Origin: Tubulanus polymorphus
Taxonomy: Eukaryota > Animalia > Nemertea
Assembly: GCF_964204645.1 (NCBI RefSeq)
Contig: NC_134027.1
Coordinates: forward strand, 12,308,485-12,372,484
Length of the DNA: 64,000 nt
Direction of reading: 5' to 3'
The first letter of the stretch is position 1. Each line of letters opens with the position of its first letter. The notes beneath the pieces are model-generated. The model was not told where the DNA came from and did no database searches. It was given only the letters and a program-made list of their open reading frames with translations. A program made the position numbers and the translations under genes. This document shows, one piece after another, positions 38,038 to 49,319 of the stretch.

Positions 38038-38552
38038 AGGGGTCTAAGAATTCATCGACTTGCTGGTTGGAGGGGTCAGGAAATTTTAAACTAGGGGTCC
38101 AGGGACACCATGCCCACTTGGAAAGTGGTTTCAGATGCTCAACAATCTAACAATTTCAATATTCAACGCCCCATCAAAAGACCTTGAAAAAATCCAATGA
38201 CCTTGAAACTCGTCATTTAAATTCGCTCCATTTGTATAGTAATAGGCTCAGCCTACGGCTGGCCTAAAAAGTGAAGTGTCTTCAAAATTTCCCAAAATAA
38301 CTGGATTTCGTCTATGGACATACAAATGGATAAAAAGTGAACACCATAGCCCGCCGAGACAAAAATATGGCTGTCAGATGTTCAACCCTACATCCCAAAT
38401 CTTAAGCATTACTACCAGCTATGTATCTAAAGAGGTCAATTTACCTCCCATAGATGCTTACATACCTATGAATTGCCCCCAATAACAACAAGATCAGTCA
38501 GTTTTTAAAATATGGGCCTGCTGGTACAGTATTCAACCAAACCATTTTACGA

Positions 38553-39734
38553 TTACGAATACAGTGAAAATGTACTGCGCCTCACTGCCGCTGATAAAAA
38601 CGGGTTCGGATCTGGTTCTTCCGTCATTATTTTCACTTTAACCCATTCTCCGCTGTGACTGGACTTGCGCACAGCATCAATGACCGTTTGAATGTACAAC
38701 GCGTCCTCGAACGTTGCCGCCTGACTGACGGGGGTTTTTGACCAGCCGTGTCGGTCGGCAACCGATTTGAACGCGTCCTTCACCGAATCGATCAACCGGA
38801 TCAAACCCTTCAGATACGGAATCGGAATATCGGCGCGGATGTTACCGGAGACGTTCGATTTTTGAACGTCGAGTAAATTAACCGGGTCGTGGTAGATGAG
38901 CTCCTCTTTGTGGGCTTCGCACTTCTGTCCGTATAAATCTGCTCCGCGCGCAATCAGCCGTCCTCTCGTACCGCAAGTCAGAACCTCATGAACGAATTGT
39001 CCCGGTACGTGATTATTCAACGTAACGATCGCGCAAGAACCGTTCTGCAACTCCATCTGAAAGCTGCAGAAATCGTCGCTGGTTATTTTTCGTATGCCGT
39101 TTATTTTGGTCGTTTGTTGCGTGAACGTTTTCAACAAGCCGTGAACTTTCGACGCTCGTTGATTCGTGACGAAGCTAATAATGTCTATAACGGCGCCACC
39201 TATTGTGTTCAGTATACCTCCGCCCATAAGTTCATCGCACATCCAATCGAAATCCTCTTTAAGCATGCTACCGCACTGAACGCGCACTTCGCATACGTTG
39301 AAATCGCCGATGTAACCGTCGTTGATTAATGTACGCATTTTAGTGAATGCCGGTAAGAAGCGCAGTCCGTAACACATCAAGGACATCAGTGACGGGTAAT
39401 ACCGCGCTCCGTTGACCATCTTGAACGCGTCAGTCTGGCCCGGTCCAGCAGGCGTGCCGCATATCACGTGTTTACCAATACCTAAAGCTTTCACAGCGAT
39501 TGGTGACTGAAGATGAGGCGGGCAACTAATGAACACCAGATCGACATCTTTACGCAGGAGAACGTCGTCTACTTTATTCGTGCAGAACGGAATGTTTAAA
39601 TCGCGGGCTGCGTCTTCGGCAAGGTCTTTCGTGCGACCCCAAATCGCCTGCACTTCGAAGCCGCAACTCTTCAATATCGGTACAAGACACCTCACAGCCG
39701 TTCCTGTACCGAACACTCCAATCCCCGGCTGCAT
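38553..39734 (-). CDS. GFOD1: Glucose-fructose oxidoreductase domain-containing protein (GFOD1/2-like, Gfo/Idh/MocA family), 393 aa, uninterrupted CDS
   Basis: MQPGIGVFGTG... VDDVLLRKDVDLV.I.CPPHL...IAVKALGIGKHV, LRFLPAF, WMCDELMGGG.L, IRKITSDDFC.FQM, AATFEDALY; ATG at 39734 matches the family N-terminus; acceptor-like tattcag at ~39760. Confidence 0.93.
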   Translation of the reverse strand: MQPGIGVFGTGTAVRCLVPILKSCGFEVQAIWGRTKDLAEDAARDLNIPFCTNKVDDVLLRKDVDLVFISCPPHLQSPIAVKALGIGKHVICGTPAGPGQTDAFKMVNGARYYPSLMSLMCYGLRFLPAFTKMRTLINDGYIGDFNVCEVRVQCGSMLKEDFDWMCDELMGGGILNTIGGAVIDIISFVTNQRASKVHGLLKTFTQQTTKINGIRKITSDDFCSFQMELQNGSCAIVTLNNHVPGQFVHEVLTCGTRGRLIARGADLYGQKCEAHKEELIYHDPVNLLDVQKSNVSGNIRADIPIPYLKGLIRLIDSVKDAFKSVADRHGWSKTPVSQAATFEDALYIQTVIDAVRKSSHSGEWVKVKIMTEEPDPNPFLSAAVRRSTFSLYS

Positions 39735-40172
39735 GGTTCGACACACGATGATGATGATCTGAATACAGCGGAAAAAGGATCATCAATTCCTAGACCTAGT
39801 TATGGCCCCCTACGTCCTCTCAATTCCTCAAGATTGAATTGTCAGTTGTAAAAGACAATTCCTAGAATCCTTTAAAGTTGACAGTTGACGTTGTCAATCA
39901 ATTTATTGTCAACTGATGATTGATTGATATCATTTTTAAATATTTATTGCCGGTTTAAGACAGTAACGTAAGTATTGTATTTTGACAGTTCATATTCCAC
40001 TCCCCTAACTTCTTGTCTATTGCACCGTTTTCCCTGTTGTGTACCTTATCAATGAAGAAAGTTTGTATGTTTCAACGCAGCAGTGAGATCATTTGATAGA
40101 ACTAGAACCGTTCTACTGAACTCAGCTAAGGGTAAGCCTGGAAAAAAACACTTCTTTCGATCGTCCGCCATG

Positions 40173-40963
40173 CACAGGGGTTTGGCGATGGGCTTGGATT
40201 TTATTTCCGGGTTGTTGATAATCTCGCGAGAATGGCGCTAAATATGAACTGCGAATAAATTCAAAATATCACGGAAATACCTTGTGTTTATATTGTTTAT
40301 TTATCCGCTATAAAGTTCTGATAAACAATTGGTCGTTAAGAATCATTATCAGACGGTCGTCATGCTTTACTATATAAAATCACAAGGGATGAAACGCCAG
40401 GCCTCCGCTGTACTTAAATTTTCAGCCAGAAAGTTGGGACAGTCACGTGACATTCTGATGACGTCATCGCATTTAAAACTTCAACACGAAAAGTTAACAT
40501 ATTCACAGACCGATATCAATTGTCAGATTATGATTCATATGAAATAGATAACTTATAAGGAATAAATTATGACGAAATATATAATTCATAGTAAAAAAAT
40601 GCATTTGAATGTAAGTTATTCTCAAATATTTTTCGTATCATAGTTTCCATCTTATATGCTTCAGGTTCGCGTTCAGTCAAATAAGAAGCGTTAAGTCACG
40701 TGACTGTCCCAACTTTCTGGCTGGCACAATTCTGAAGGCGTTTCATCCCTTGTTCTTTTATATAGTAGCGTGACGACCGTCTGATAATGATTCTTAACGA
40801 CCAATTGTTTATCGAAACTTTATAGCGGATAAATAAACAATATAAACACAAGGTATTTCCGTGATATTTTGAATTTATTCGCAATTATTCATATTTAGCG
40901 CCATTCTCGCGAGATTATCAACAACCCGGAAATAAAATCCAAGCCCATCGCCAAACCCCTGTG
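40173..40963. mobile_element. ~790-bp foldback MITE, CACAGGGG termini, 8-bp TSD CCGCCATG, between GFOD1 and GRIPAP1
   Basis: Exact TSD at 40165-40172 and 40964-40971; near-identical to 17858-18645, inverted. Confidence 0.93.
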
Positions 40964-41183
40964 CCGCCATGTTGTTGAACCATTTCGAACTTCCCGACGA
41001 ACTGTCGAGGTATGGAAAAAAGATAACTACGATAACCCTAGTTTTCGCTATCGCTTTATTAGTATTTGTTATAATAGTAAAAGTGCATTCGTATTGAATC
41101 TTAGCTGCAAAGCCAACAGGTTACTATTTCAACATAGCTTCCATACAAACATTGTGTATTTGTATTTGGTTGTTGTAAACAAA

Positions 41184-41228
41184 ATGGCGTCCGGTGGTTT
41201 ATCCGACGACGAATTTCATCGGATGCAG
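41184..41228 (+). CDS. GRIPAP1: GRIP1-associated protein 1, exon 1
   Basis: aaaATGGCG start; MASGGLSDDEFHRMQ|GTAATT, resembling the GRIPAP1 N-terminus (LSEEEFQRMQ). Confidence 0.85.
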
Positions 41229-41607
41229 GTAATTTTGGGACTGATAAAGTGTGAATGCAAGAGTCTAAGAAGCGAATCACGCGTTAGAAATTGCCAAAAA
41301 AATTATTTTTCCATTTGCACTAGTTGTTAACGTATCAATCAAACGAATCTACCAATTTTTCATAGAAATTGTCGATGATGATGGCAAAAAATAAGACAAA
41401 AAAAATAGGCTGCAACTCGTCACTGATTTTCCGTGAAAATTTCGTTGACTGGAAAGCAACGCTTTATTCGGTGCACTCTGTGGCTGCGGAACTGATTAGG
41501 TCGATCTCGGCCTGAGTATATCGGTTCCATTCGGAAAGAAAGAGTAACGGAATGCCTCTGTGTTGCCGTTGGCTCGTAGAGGCATTCCAAGTTATCATAT
41601 AGCCAGG

Positions 41608-42017
41608 CGGGTGATATTTTGCCAATGCAGCATTATTCCTGTTAACGCTATTTTGCCAATGGCATGTTCTGATTGGCAAATTGAGACCGCGCATGTGCAC
41701 TTAGGTGCGCGACTTAAAAAATTCATGGAAAGTGTGGAGAACAGAGTTAGAGAAAATAGCAGCATAGAGCGGGATTTGAGCCCGGACCAGCAGATTGCTA
41801 GCCTAATGTCTTTCCACTAGACCACCGAGCTCACTCAAAAAGACCTGTTAGTTTTCACTACATATAGCCTCATCTTGCCCTAACCCTATCCCTAGAAAAA
41901 ACAGACCCTAAACCCCACCCTAACCCTAACCCTCTGGACCTTCTAGACCCTAACCCTATTGAAACCCTAACCCTAAACCCAATATACTGATTTTGCATTG
42001 GCAAAACGTCCACTTCC
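41608..42017. mobile_element. MITE containing degenerate (CCCTAA)n repeats
   Basis: Imperfect TIRs sharing TTTTGCCAATGCA / TGCATTGGCAAAA; ccctaa/cccta units at 41877-41980. Confidence 0.55.
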
Positions 42018-42635
42018 TATAGCGCGTTTGATTTCCTGACTCACCTTTACTCGGGGATGCCCGGGTAACTAATCGAACGCGCCCGGGTTTCCCCGAGTTA
42101 CGGTGGATAAACAAACGACTTTGGGTCAAGTCAATCAATGTCAATTAAACTTTATTGATCCGTATGAATACAAACAAGGTATACAAAACTAATACACTAC
42201 ATGCAGCGATCATACAGAAAGCGAAAAAAATATTAAAAATACACAAAGCAGAATTATATGTTTATTTTGGTGATGCCACGGCTTATACGCGATATTACGC
42301 CTAACTTTCACGGTCCATCTGCTTCCAGATAGTTTAATGTTCGACAATCTGAATCTTAATACTCCATCTATCGGAACAGCTAATTAAATATTATACCATA
42401 GGAATAATTCTAAGTAAAGAAATACATTTTACAATATAGCAATATTCAATTTAGTTGCATTTTTTCTAATGCGATGCGGTAACATTCAGAGGCCAGATTT
42501 TTCATCGAGTTCGATTGAGATTGATTAAATTCTGGCAGTACATTGCAGGTTTCCATAAAATAAACTTCTGTGGTTGTGAGTAAGGGTGTAAATCGAATCG
42601 GATTGAATTTACTCGGGTATACCCGAGTAAGTGTC

Positions 42636-43817
42636 ATGGCATCTTTTAGAAAGAAAAAAACTATTCTGGCGCTTGTGCTGTTTCTGAGACAGTATTCTCG
42701 TAGACCTTTCGGGCTTTTATCAAACAGTGATGCACTGTGGCAAAGGTGCCTCGAATAGAAAATTACGTTGAAGAAACCGTCCCATCCTACTCTTTCGACG
42801 ATTTCAAGTCACATTTTCGTTTAGAAAGAACGACGCTTGAGAATATATTACGACAGATTTCGGTATGCGACGAAATGCGAATGGCAGGTCAAGGACGTGA
42901 ACCTATACCACATGAAAAACAGCTTCTTCTGTTTCTATGGTACCTAGGTGGGTGTCTCTAGCCCATTCATTTACTGTTGTATAAATCTAATAATGTAATA
43001 AAAAAATTTGTTTTGTTCACCAGGCACTCCAGAGTCCTTCAGATCGTTGGCTGATCGATTCAACGTACCCAAATCCACTGCCCATGGTACTATCAAAAAG
43101 CTGATATCAGCCATGAAGAATAATTTGATGGATCTGTATATAAGGTGGCCTGATGAACGAAGAAAACGGGCGATATCGGCAGGTTTCGAAAATTCGTGCA
43201 GATTTCCCGGCGTAGTTGGTTGCGTTGATGGATGCCATATACCCATTAAAGCACCACGTAAGAATCCATCATCGTACGTCAACAGAAAGAAATTCCACTC
43301 GGTGGTTCTTCAAGGAATCTGCGACCACACCCTCAGGTTTACTCACGTCTATGCAGGGTGGCCCGGGTGTACACATGACGCGAGAGTACTACGCAATTCG
43401 ATGATCTACAGAAATTCAGACGAATTATTTGACGACGACTTTTTACTTGGAGACTCAGCATATCCTCTTGAATCATGGCTGATCACACCATTTAAGGATT
43501 ATGGGAACTTAACCAACAACCAAAAAGCATTCAATCGTCGACTCAGTTCAGCAAGAGTGGCTATAGAAAGAGCTTTTGGCCAGTTAAAGGGACGATTCCG
43601 AAGATTGAAAGATAACTTCGACGTTTCCGACTTCAAACTAATGATCGGCAGCATTTTGTGTGCGTGTATCCTACACAACATCTGTATTGAAATGAACGAC
43701 GAGAGCATTGATGTAGCTGAATTCGAAGATGTCAATTACAACCTAGAACGACCATATAACCATGGACAGGGTGGTGCAGAGCGACGACAACACATTATTG
43801 ATCTGTTACAGGCATAG
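42636..43817 (+). pseudogene. Harbinger (HARBI1-like, DDE_Tnp_4) transposase; exons ~42636-42947 and 43024-43817; apparent frameshift near 42730-42755
   Basis: PRIENYVEETVPSYSFDDFKSHFRL, LFLWYLG|TPESFRSLADRF across a 76-nt GT-AG intron, GCVDGCHI, GWPGCTHDARV, LGDSAYP, RVAIERAFGQLKGRFRRL; the ATG at 42636 is out of frame with the conserved region. Confidence 0.85.
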
Positions 43818-44051
43818 ATTCCGCTTGTCACTTCTTGACTTCAATAGAATAATTCGATATTACACTTTTTCAAATTATTTATAAGTTTATTATTAACTTC
43901 GACATGTAAAATATTTATTCTAAACTTCAACAAATAAATGCAAATGCATTGTGTATAAAATTAGACATTATTTCTAAAATAACAAACATTACTTTGAACT
44001 AAGTAAAACAAGGGTAACATAAAACCATATCAAGCCAACAAACTTTGAAAA

Positions 44052-46044
44052 TTACAATTTTTCTGCAATTTTATTCATTACTGCGAGGGTTTCTTGATGC
44101 ATCCGTTCAAAGGTTTCATGGATAGATTTGTCTCTTATTTCCATGTATTCAAGGATTTGAGACACAGTAGGTTTCCCTTTCTTGCATGGCTTCTCCCCTG
44201 ATGTAGTAGGAGCTTTACGCTTTCTTGAGCCATCAGAATTTGAATCTCCATCATCATCGCTATCATTAACAAGATTATTATTTTCCTCCTCTGTACACGA
44301 AGATTTTTCGTGGCCCATTTCGGAATGAATCTGCTACATACTCAGGTACCACACTGGGGTCGTCCCCCATGATATCATGCATTTGATCGGCAAATACAAA
44401 TTTTGTCGGTTTTGACCCAGTTTTATTATTTAACTGTACATAATTCCTATACGCTTTCTTTAAATTTTTCCATTTATCAACACATTTTTCGGATGGAATA
44501 TTCATCTCCTCTGCAATTTTGCGCCACACCTTTGTTTTGTTGCGTGCAGCGTTGAGATCATCAAAATTGTCCTTTATCACTGCAAGAAGTTTTCTTGTTG
44601 ACACAACAGTCCAATCATATCTCACTGAAAAAAAATTTTTACAATCTAAAATACAACCTATTGTTTTAATCAAAACCACATGCGAATTACCATATTAAAT
44701 TAATGCTTACCATTATTTTCATTGAACACTGATGGTGATTTATCTTCCACTTCTGAAACTGCTGTCCGATTATTGCTGGGCGCATTCACTTAAGAGAAAT
44801 AAAAATAAAAAAAGAAATTGCAGGTATAAATTAACACTTTCATGCAGTACAGTTTAAAGAAAACAAACTGTTTCTTGCTATGATGTGTTGTCAAAGTTCA
44901 GATCATTTTTTTAAACTGAACCTTGACTATCTGTTACTTGAACTAGGGGTCCAGGAACACCATGCGGCCCACTTGGGAAATGGTTTCAAATGCTCAACAA
45001 AGTAACAATTTCAACATTAGCCCCAAAGGGGCTAAAAATGAAAGGCAAATCATTAAGTTTGAAAAATTTTTTAGAAGGAGGGAAATTGAGGCATAAAAAA
45101 ACTCACCAGTACTTGGCAAAATATCTCGGGGTACTTGAATAAATATGTGCTCATTTGTTGGTATATCATGGTATGTAGGGTAATCTGCTTTTATTTGTGC
45201 TGTAATCGTGGGAATGTCTGAAATGGCAAGCAATCAAGTTAAAATCCATGCATAATTTGTATTAGGTCTGGTATGTATTTCCTCTTAAAACATAAAATGA
45301 TGCAATATGAATAGCATTATAAAAAAAGTCTGATTCCAGTGGAATTAAGGTATCAGTTTATCAGGTATGATGATTTCGTTATACAATTATTTTCGGTCAC
45401 AAAGCAACAACCTACTTTCAAGAACTTTTTGCATGTTTATATTTATGATCGATAGATGGCCCTACTAGTAGCCTTCAGCAAATGCCAAGCAATAGAGAGA
45501 AGCTGACTTAGCATGTACAATCCGATTGTAATCCTTAAATCTCAAGACCAACACATTGCAATCGAAACTTCTAAAAGCAATATAAATATTAAAAGTTGAT
45601 TTATAAAACGTTGATCGGTGAAAAAAAATCGATGAAATTTAAATGTTCATTCATTTTCCTGATGTTAGAATATATCAAACGTAAAAAAATAATGGAATTA
45701 TGAAAACATCGGACCAAAACATCCTTGAAGACCTGGACACCGAGGCGCGTTGGTGATGGTAAACTGATACCTCAACCCCAGAGTCCTAAACAATTTAGTT
45801 CAATTCATATTTCAACAACTAAAAATGAATTTTCATTGAATTGAATTGCCCCGAGCAGTTGAAGACTTAACAAATCACCATTAAATTGGATATAATGTTT
45901 TGAAATTTATGTTTACATATAGGCCTAATACTTACTATATTTTATCCATAAATATGCATCATTCGACTCGCATATCGCATTTACTACTCCGAATCCCTTT
46001 ATATTCAAAGCAAATCGAATAACGTCCACCATCTTGCCCGCCAT
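44052..46044 (-). pseudogene. Harbinger Myb/SANT-like (trihelix) DNA-binding protein; exons 46044-45936, 45217-45107, 44788-44711, 44624-44052; apparent frameshift near 44325
   Basis: All introns GT-AG and phase 1; WT...TRKLL...VWRKIAEEM...CVDKWKNLKKAYR...NNKTG...FVFADQMHDIMG; acidic/NLS/coiled C-terminus continues in another frame. Confidence 0.8.
44941..45030 (-). mobile_element. 3'-end fragment of the GCCCACTTGGGA HINE family inside the Harbinger Myb gene intron
   Basis: aactaggggtccaggaacaccatgcggcccacttggga is the reverse complement of the family 3' end; a similar fragment lies at 38089-38170. Confidence 0.7.
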
Positions 46045-46347
46045 TTTTTGTCGAAGTAACCCACTCGGCGAGCAGGTTACTTCGGGCTCACTCGGGGAAG
46101 GCCGGAAGTACCACGTGACAGACAAAACGAACGCTACTCGGGCTTCCCTGAGTTAACTCCGGGCTACCCGAGTAGGATAATCGAACGCCCTACTAATAAG
46201 TAATAACTCTTTCTTTTTACGAAAACACCACGTTGTGATTTGATTGATGATTTGTTTTTCAAGCCCAATCTGAGATCAAGATGACGGCACCTTGCGCCGT
46301 GATGATACTGTGTTAAAAGTTCATGCGATTAACCAAAACCATCATCA

Positions 46348-48438
46348 TTTTTTAGCCCACTTGGGACTTGAGTCCCAACGGGTTATTGCGTTCACTTTTC
46401 GTCCGTCCGTCCATCCTTAGACGGAATCCAGTTATTTTGGAAAGTTTTGAAGATGCTTCAATGCACCGCTTTATCTTTGGGTTACACGTGTATCTACCCT
46501 AGACACATCTTCAGCCCCAAAACTGGCCCTGTCAGAATCAAGATGGCCGACTGGCAGCCATTGTTGTTTGCCAAAATCAGCACTTTTTACACGTTTGTGA
46601 ACTTTTTGAGGGAAATTTTGAAGATGCTTATGATCAATAACCTTAATCTTTCGTATATATTTGAATCCTCCCAGGGCCCCTCAGCATAACAAAATTTTGG
46701 TCGATCGGACTCAAGATGGCCATCCTATGACCTCTTTAGTGCCCAAAAATGTCAATTTTGGTCAGAATTCTGAGTCCTGTAGCTTCCTACTGGTTTGCCA
46801 TTTCTCATTGCAATTTGTGATGGGTATTCTTTGGAAAGGGATGTTTTATACCTGAGACCGGTATTTTTCATCAGCCAATTATGACGCAATTGGCAGCCAT
46901 CTTGGTGTCATCAGTACTCATTCGTAGGTGGGAAAAAGTTTTTCGACATAAAAATTGATACCTAAGTATATTTTTTTCCACAATGAATTAGAAAGTTGTA
47001 GCTTAGAACGTGTTCTATGATTGTGAAGAGTTTCAAGGTCATTGGTTTTTGTATATGGCCACCAGGGGGCATTGAATAATACACTATCTTATTATTTCTA
47101 TATTATATTTGTACCAATGCATATTTTGTTACCACAATCAATTGCAAAGTTGTAGCCCATGACATCATCTGTGATAGTGGTGAGTTTTAAGGACATTAGT
47201 TATTCCATATGGTCACCAGGGCAGAGCTGCCAACCGTCCCGTTTTCATCGGGACTTGCCCTGACAGTATTAAATTGCCCGGGTTTTTAATATATTTAGAA
47301 AAATCCCGGAGATTTCTCAAATGTCCCGTCCGATATAATAATTGTCCCGTCTGACATTCCCAATGTGCCGCGCAATCAATAAATCACTGTTTTCCTGCTG
47401 CGTTTATCTTTGTACATAGTCCCGTTTAACTATTAGGCCTATGTATGTTTTCATCTACAAGCGAATGAGGTCACGCGTTGATGCCTGGTAGCCTTGGCAA
47501 CATTTCACTTTTGTTTTGTGATGATTCACAAGCTAGGCCTATGCTCGAGTAGTTATCAATCTAAATTTAGGCCAGCACACCCCGGTGAATCGGGGTCAGC
47601 TAAAACAAATTTTTATCAGCGGCATCCGACTCATTGTGCTGGGCATATAATGTACTCTACTATACACAGTGGATATTACGGAGATTAATAGATGGAAAAA
47701 ACCTTCCGGGTGGCCCCTGGCGGCCCGGGTCGAAGATACAAAAAATAATTTTCATACCCTGGGGTCCTATCGACCCCAGATTTTTAAAGAAACAACCAGA
47801 AACATTCCATTTTAGCCAATTCTTGTAATAATTTTCAATAAAAGTTGTGTTCAGAAGCTCAGAAATGCATTTGTTTGTCAAATTGTTTGTTGAGTCCCTG
47901 AGTCTCATCAAATTGTCCCTGATTTTTTTCTTCTGTAAAATTTTGTCCCAGTGCGAGTATATATGATAAGTCCCTGACACTAGCTCCCTGAGAAATGTGT
48001 CTGGTCCCTGAAAAAAATTTTTATGTCCCTGAAAGGATTTTTCAGGGTTGGCAGCTCTGCCAGGGGGGCGTTGAATAGTTGAATAACTTAGTATTCCCTG
48101 ATTATGTCCTAGGCATATTTTGTTACCATGATCAATTGCAAAGTTGTAGTTCATGAAATATTCTATGATTGTGGTGAGTTTCAAGGTCATTGGGTTTTGA
48201 ATATGGTCACCAGGGGGCGTTGAATAGTATTTCAATATTAAGTTGGTATCGAGCCATATTTTGTTATCACAATCAATTACAAAATCGTAGCTGCTGACAT
48301 TTTCTATGATAGTGGTGAGTTTCATGGTCAATGGTTTTTGTATATGGTCACCAGGGGGCGTTGAATATTGAAATTGTTAGATTGTTGAGCATTTGAAACC
48401 ACTTCCCAAGTGGGCATGGTATCCCTGGACCCCTAGTT
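46348..48438 (+). mobile_element. Helentron-associated element (HINE; subTIR GCCCACTTGGGA) with (CCGT)n microsatellite and ~140-bp internal tandem repeats
   Basis: TTTTAGCCCACTTGGGACTTGAGTCCCAA start, cgtccgtccgtc, tandem units ttctatgattgtggtgagtttcaaggtcattgg...caccagggggcgttgaata, end TCCCAAGTGGGC...CCCCTAGTT; second copy at 60718-61999. Confidence 0.85.
47222..48059. mobile_element. hAT-like MITE (CAGAGCTGCCAACC TIR), 6-bp TSD CCAGGG, nested in the HINE tandem array
   Basis: Perfect 14-bp TIR; GTCCC subterminal motifs; absent from the 60718 copy. Confidence 0.85.
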
Positions 48439-49252
48439 ATGAAAATTCGATTTGTTAGCAAAATTTATTCTAATCATTCATCCATGAAAGGAAGATGATC
48501 ATAGAAAGATCTGAACACACTGTAGGCCCATAACACTGACTTGAGACTTGTCATTTGATCAATGCTAATAATAAGGCTATTAGCATCAAAATCAAGTGAC
48601 AAACCCCTAAATCCAAATGTAAAAAAGCAGTTTTGAGGGTGAACAAGCAAACTACTTCGAAAATATATTGATACCTTGAAATATAGGCCTAATACATAAG
48701 TTGCTTTATATTGTGGACAATTAATAATATGATATGAATTAGGCCTATATCATACTAAGGATCTATAAAGTTATTTTGGATTTGAATATATCGCCAGTGA
48801 ATTGAATTGATTGGCAACCAGTCTAGCTCTGATATATTGATGATGTAGTGCACATCCTCTCCAAAATATTTATCAAAATCAATCAAATATAGAAATAAGA
48901 GATAGAAATATATCTAATCGAAAAATAAACGCCATAATTCACATTTGTGATTGTTAATTTTAAACGCCATTATCGATGACGCAGTGCACATCGACTCGCA
49001 CATAACCCCTCGAATAACGGATACTAGGTACCAATCTATACAAACATTATTGTAACAGTTTTTGTGGCGTAAAAGAAAATAAATCATGCTCTATAGAAAT
49101 GTATCCAATAAGTCTTAAAGTTCATTATGCTGAGCATGTTCTAAACACTGAGGTTTTTGACTGCTTATTTTGTAGCATTTGAATGAGAATGTTTAGTTAT
49201 GAACATAATCATTAAACAGATCCATTACTTATGATTTCTTTTTCTTACGTAG

Positions 49253-49319
49253 TTGCAGCTTCTTGAGCTGAGGACTCAGAACTATCAATTAGATGATACC
49301 TGTAAACGCCAAACCAGAG
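49253..49319 (+). CDS. GRIPAP1: GRIPAP1 exon 2
   Basis: AG/GT flanked; LQLLELRTQNYQLDDTCKRQTR, matching QLLELRT.NYQL. Confidence 0.9.

Larger units (their letters stand above)
42021..46191. mobile_element. Two-gene PIF/Harbinger transposon in GRIPAP1 intron 1
   Basis: Convergent DDE transposase and Myb/SANT genes; imperfect TIRs AGCGCGTTTGATT / AATCGAACGCCCT; ACTCGGG motifs clustered at both ends; no clean 3-bp TSD seen. Confidence 0.85.

Noticed and set aside
704-39734. Functional redox gene cluster (GGCT, MsrA, GFOD)
   Set aside because: No shared regulatory signal is visible, and adjacency of three broadly redox-related genes can be chance; it would need synteny or co-expression data.
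38988-39786. Overlapping ORFs on GFOD1 (38988-39329, 39529-39762, 39574-39786)
   Set aside because: Shadow frames of a GC-richer coding sequence with no independent support.
41877-41980. Telomere or chromosome-fusion relic (CCCTAA)n
   Set aside because: Short, degenerate and enclosed by MITE-like inverted repeats inside an intron.
47660-48331. 223-aa minus-strand ORF
   Set aside because: It runs across a HINE tandem array and a nested MITE boundary, with repetitive translation and no recognisable domain.
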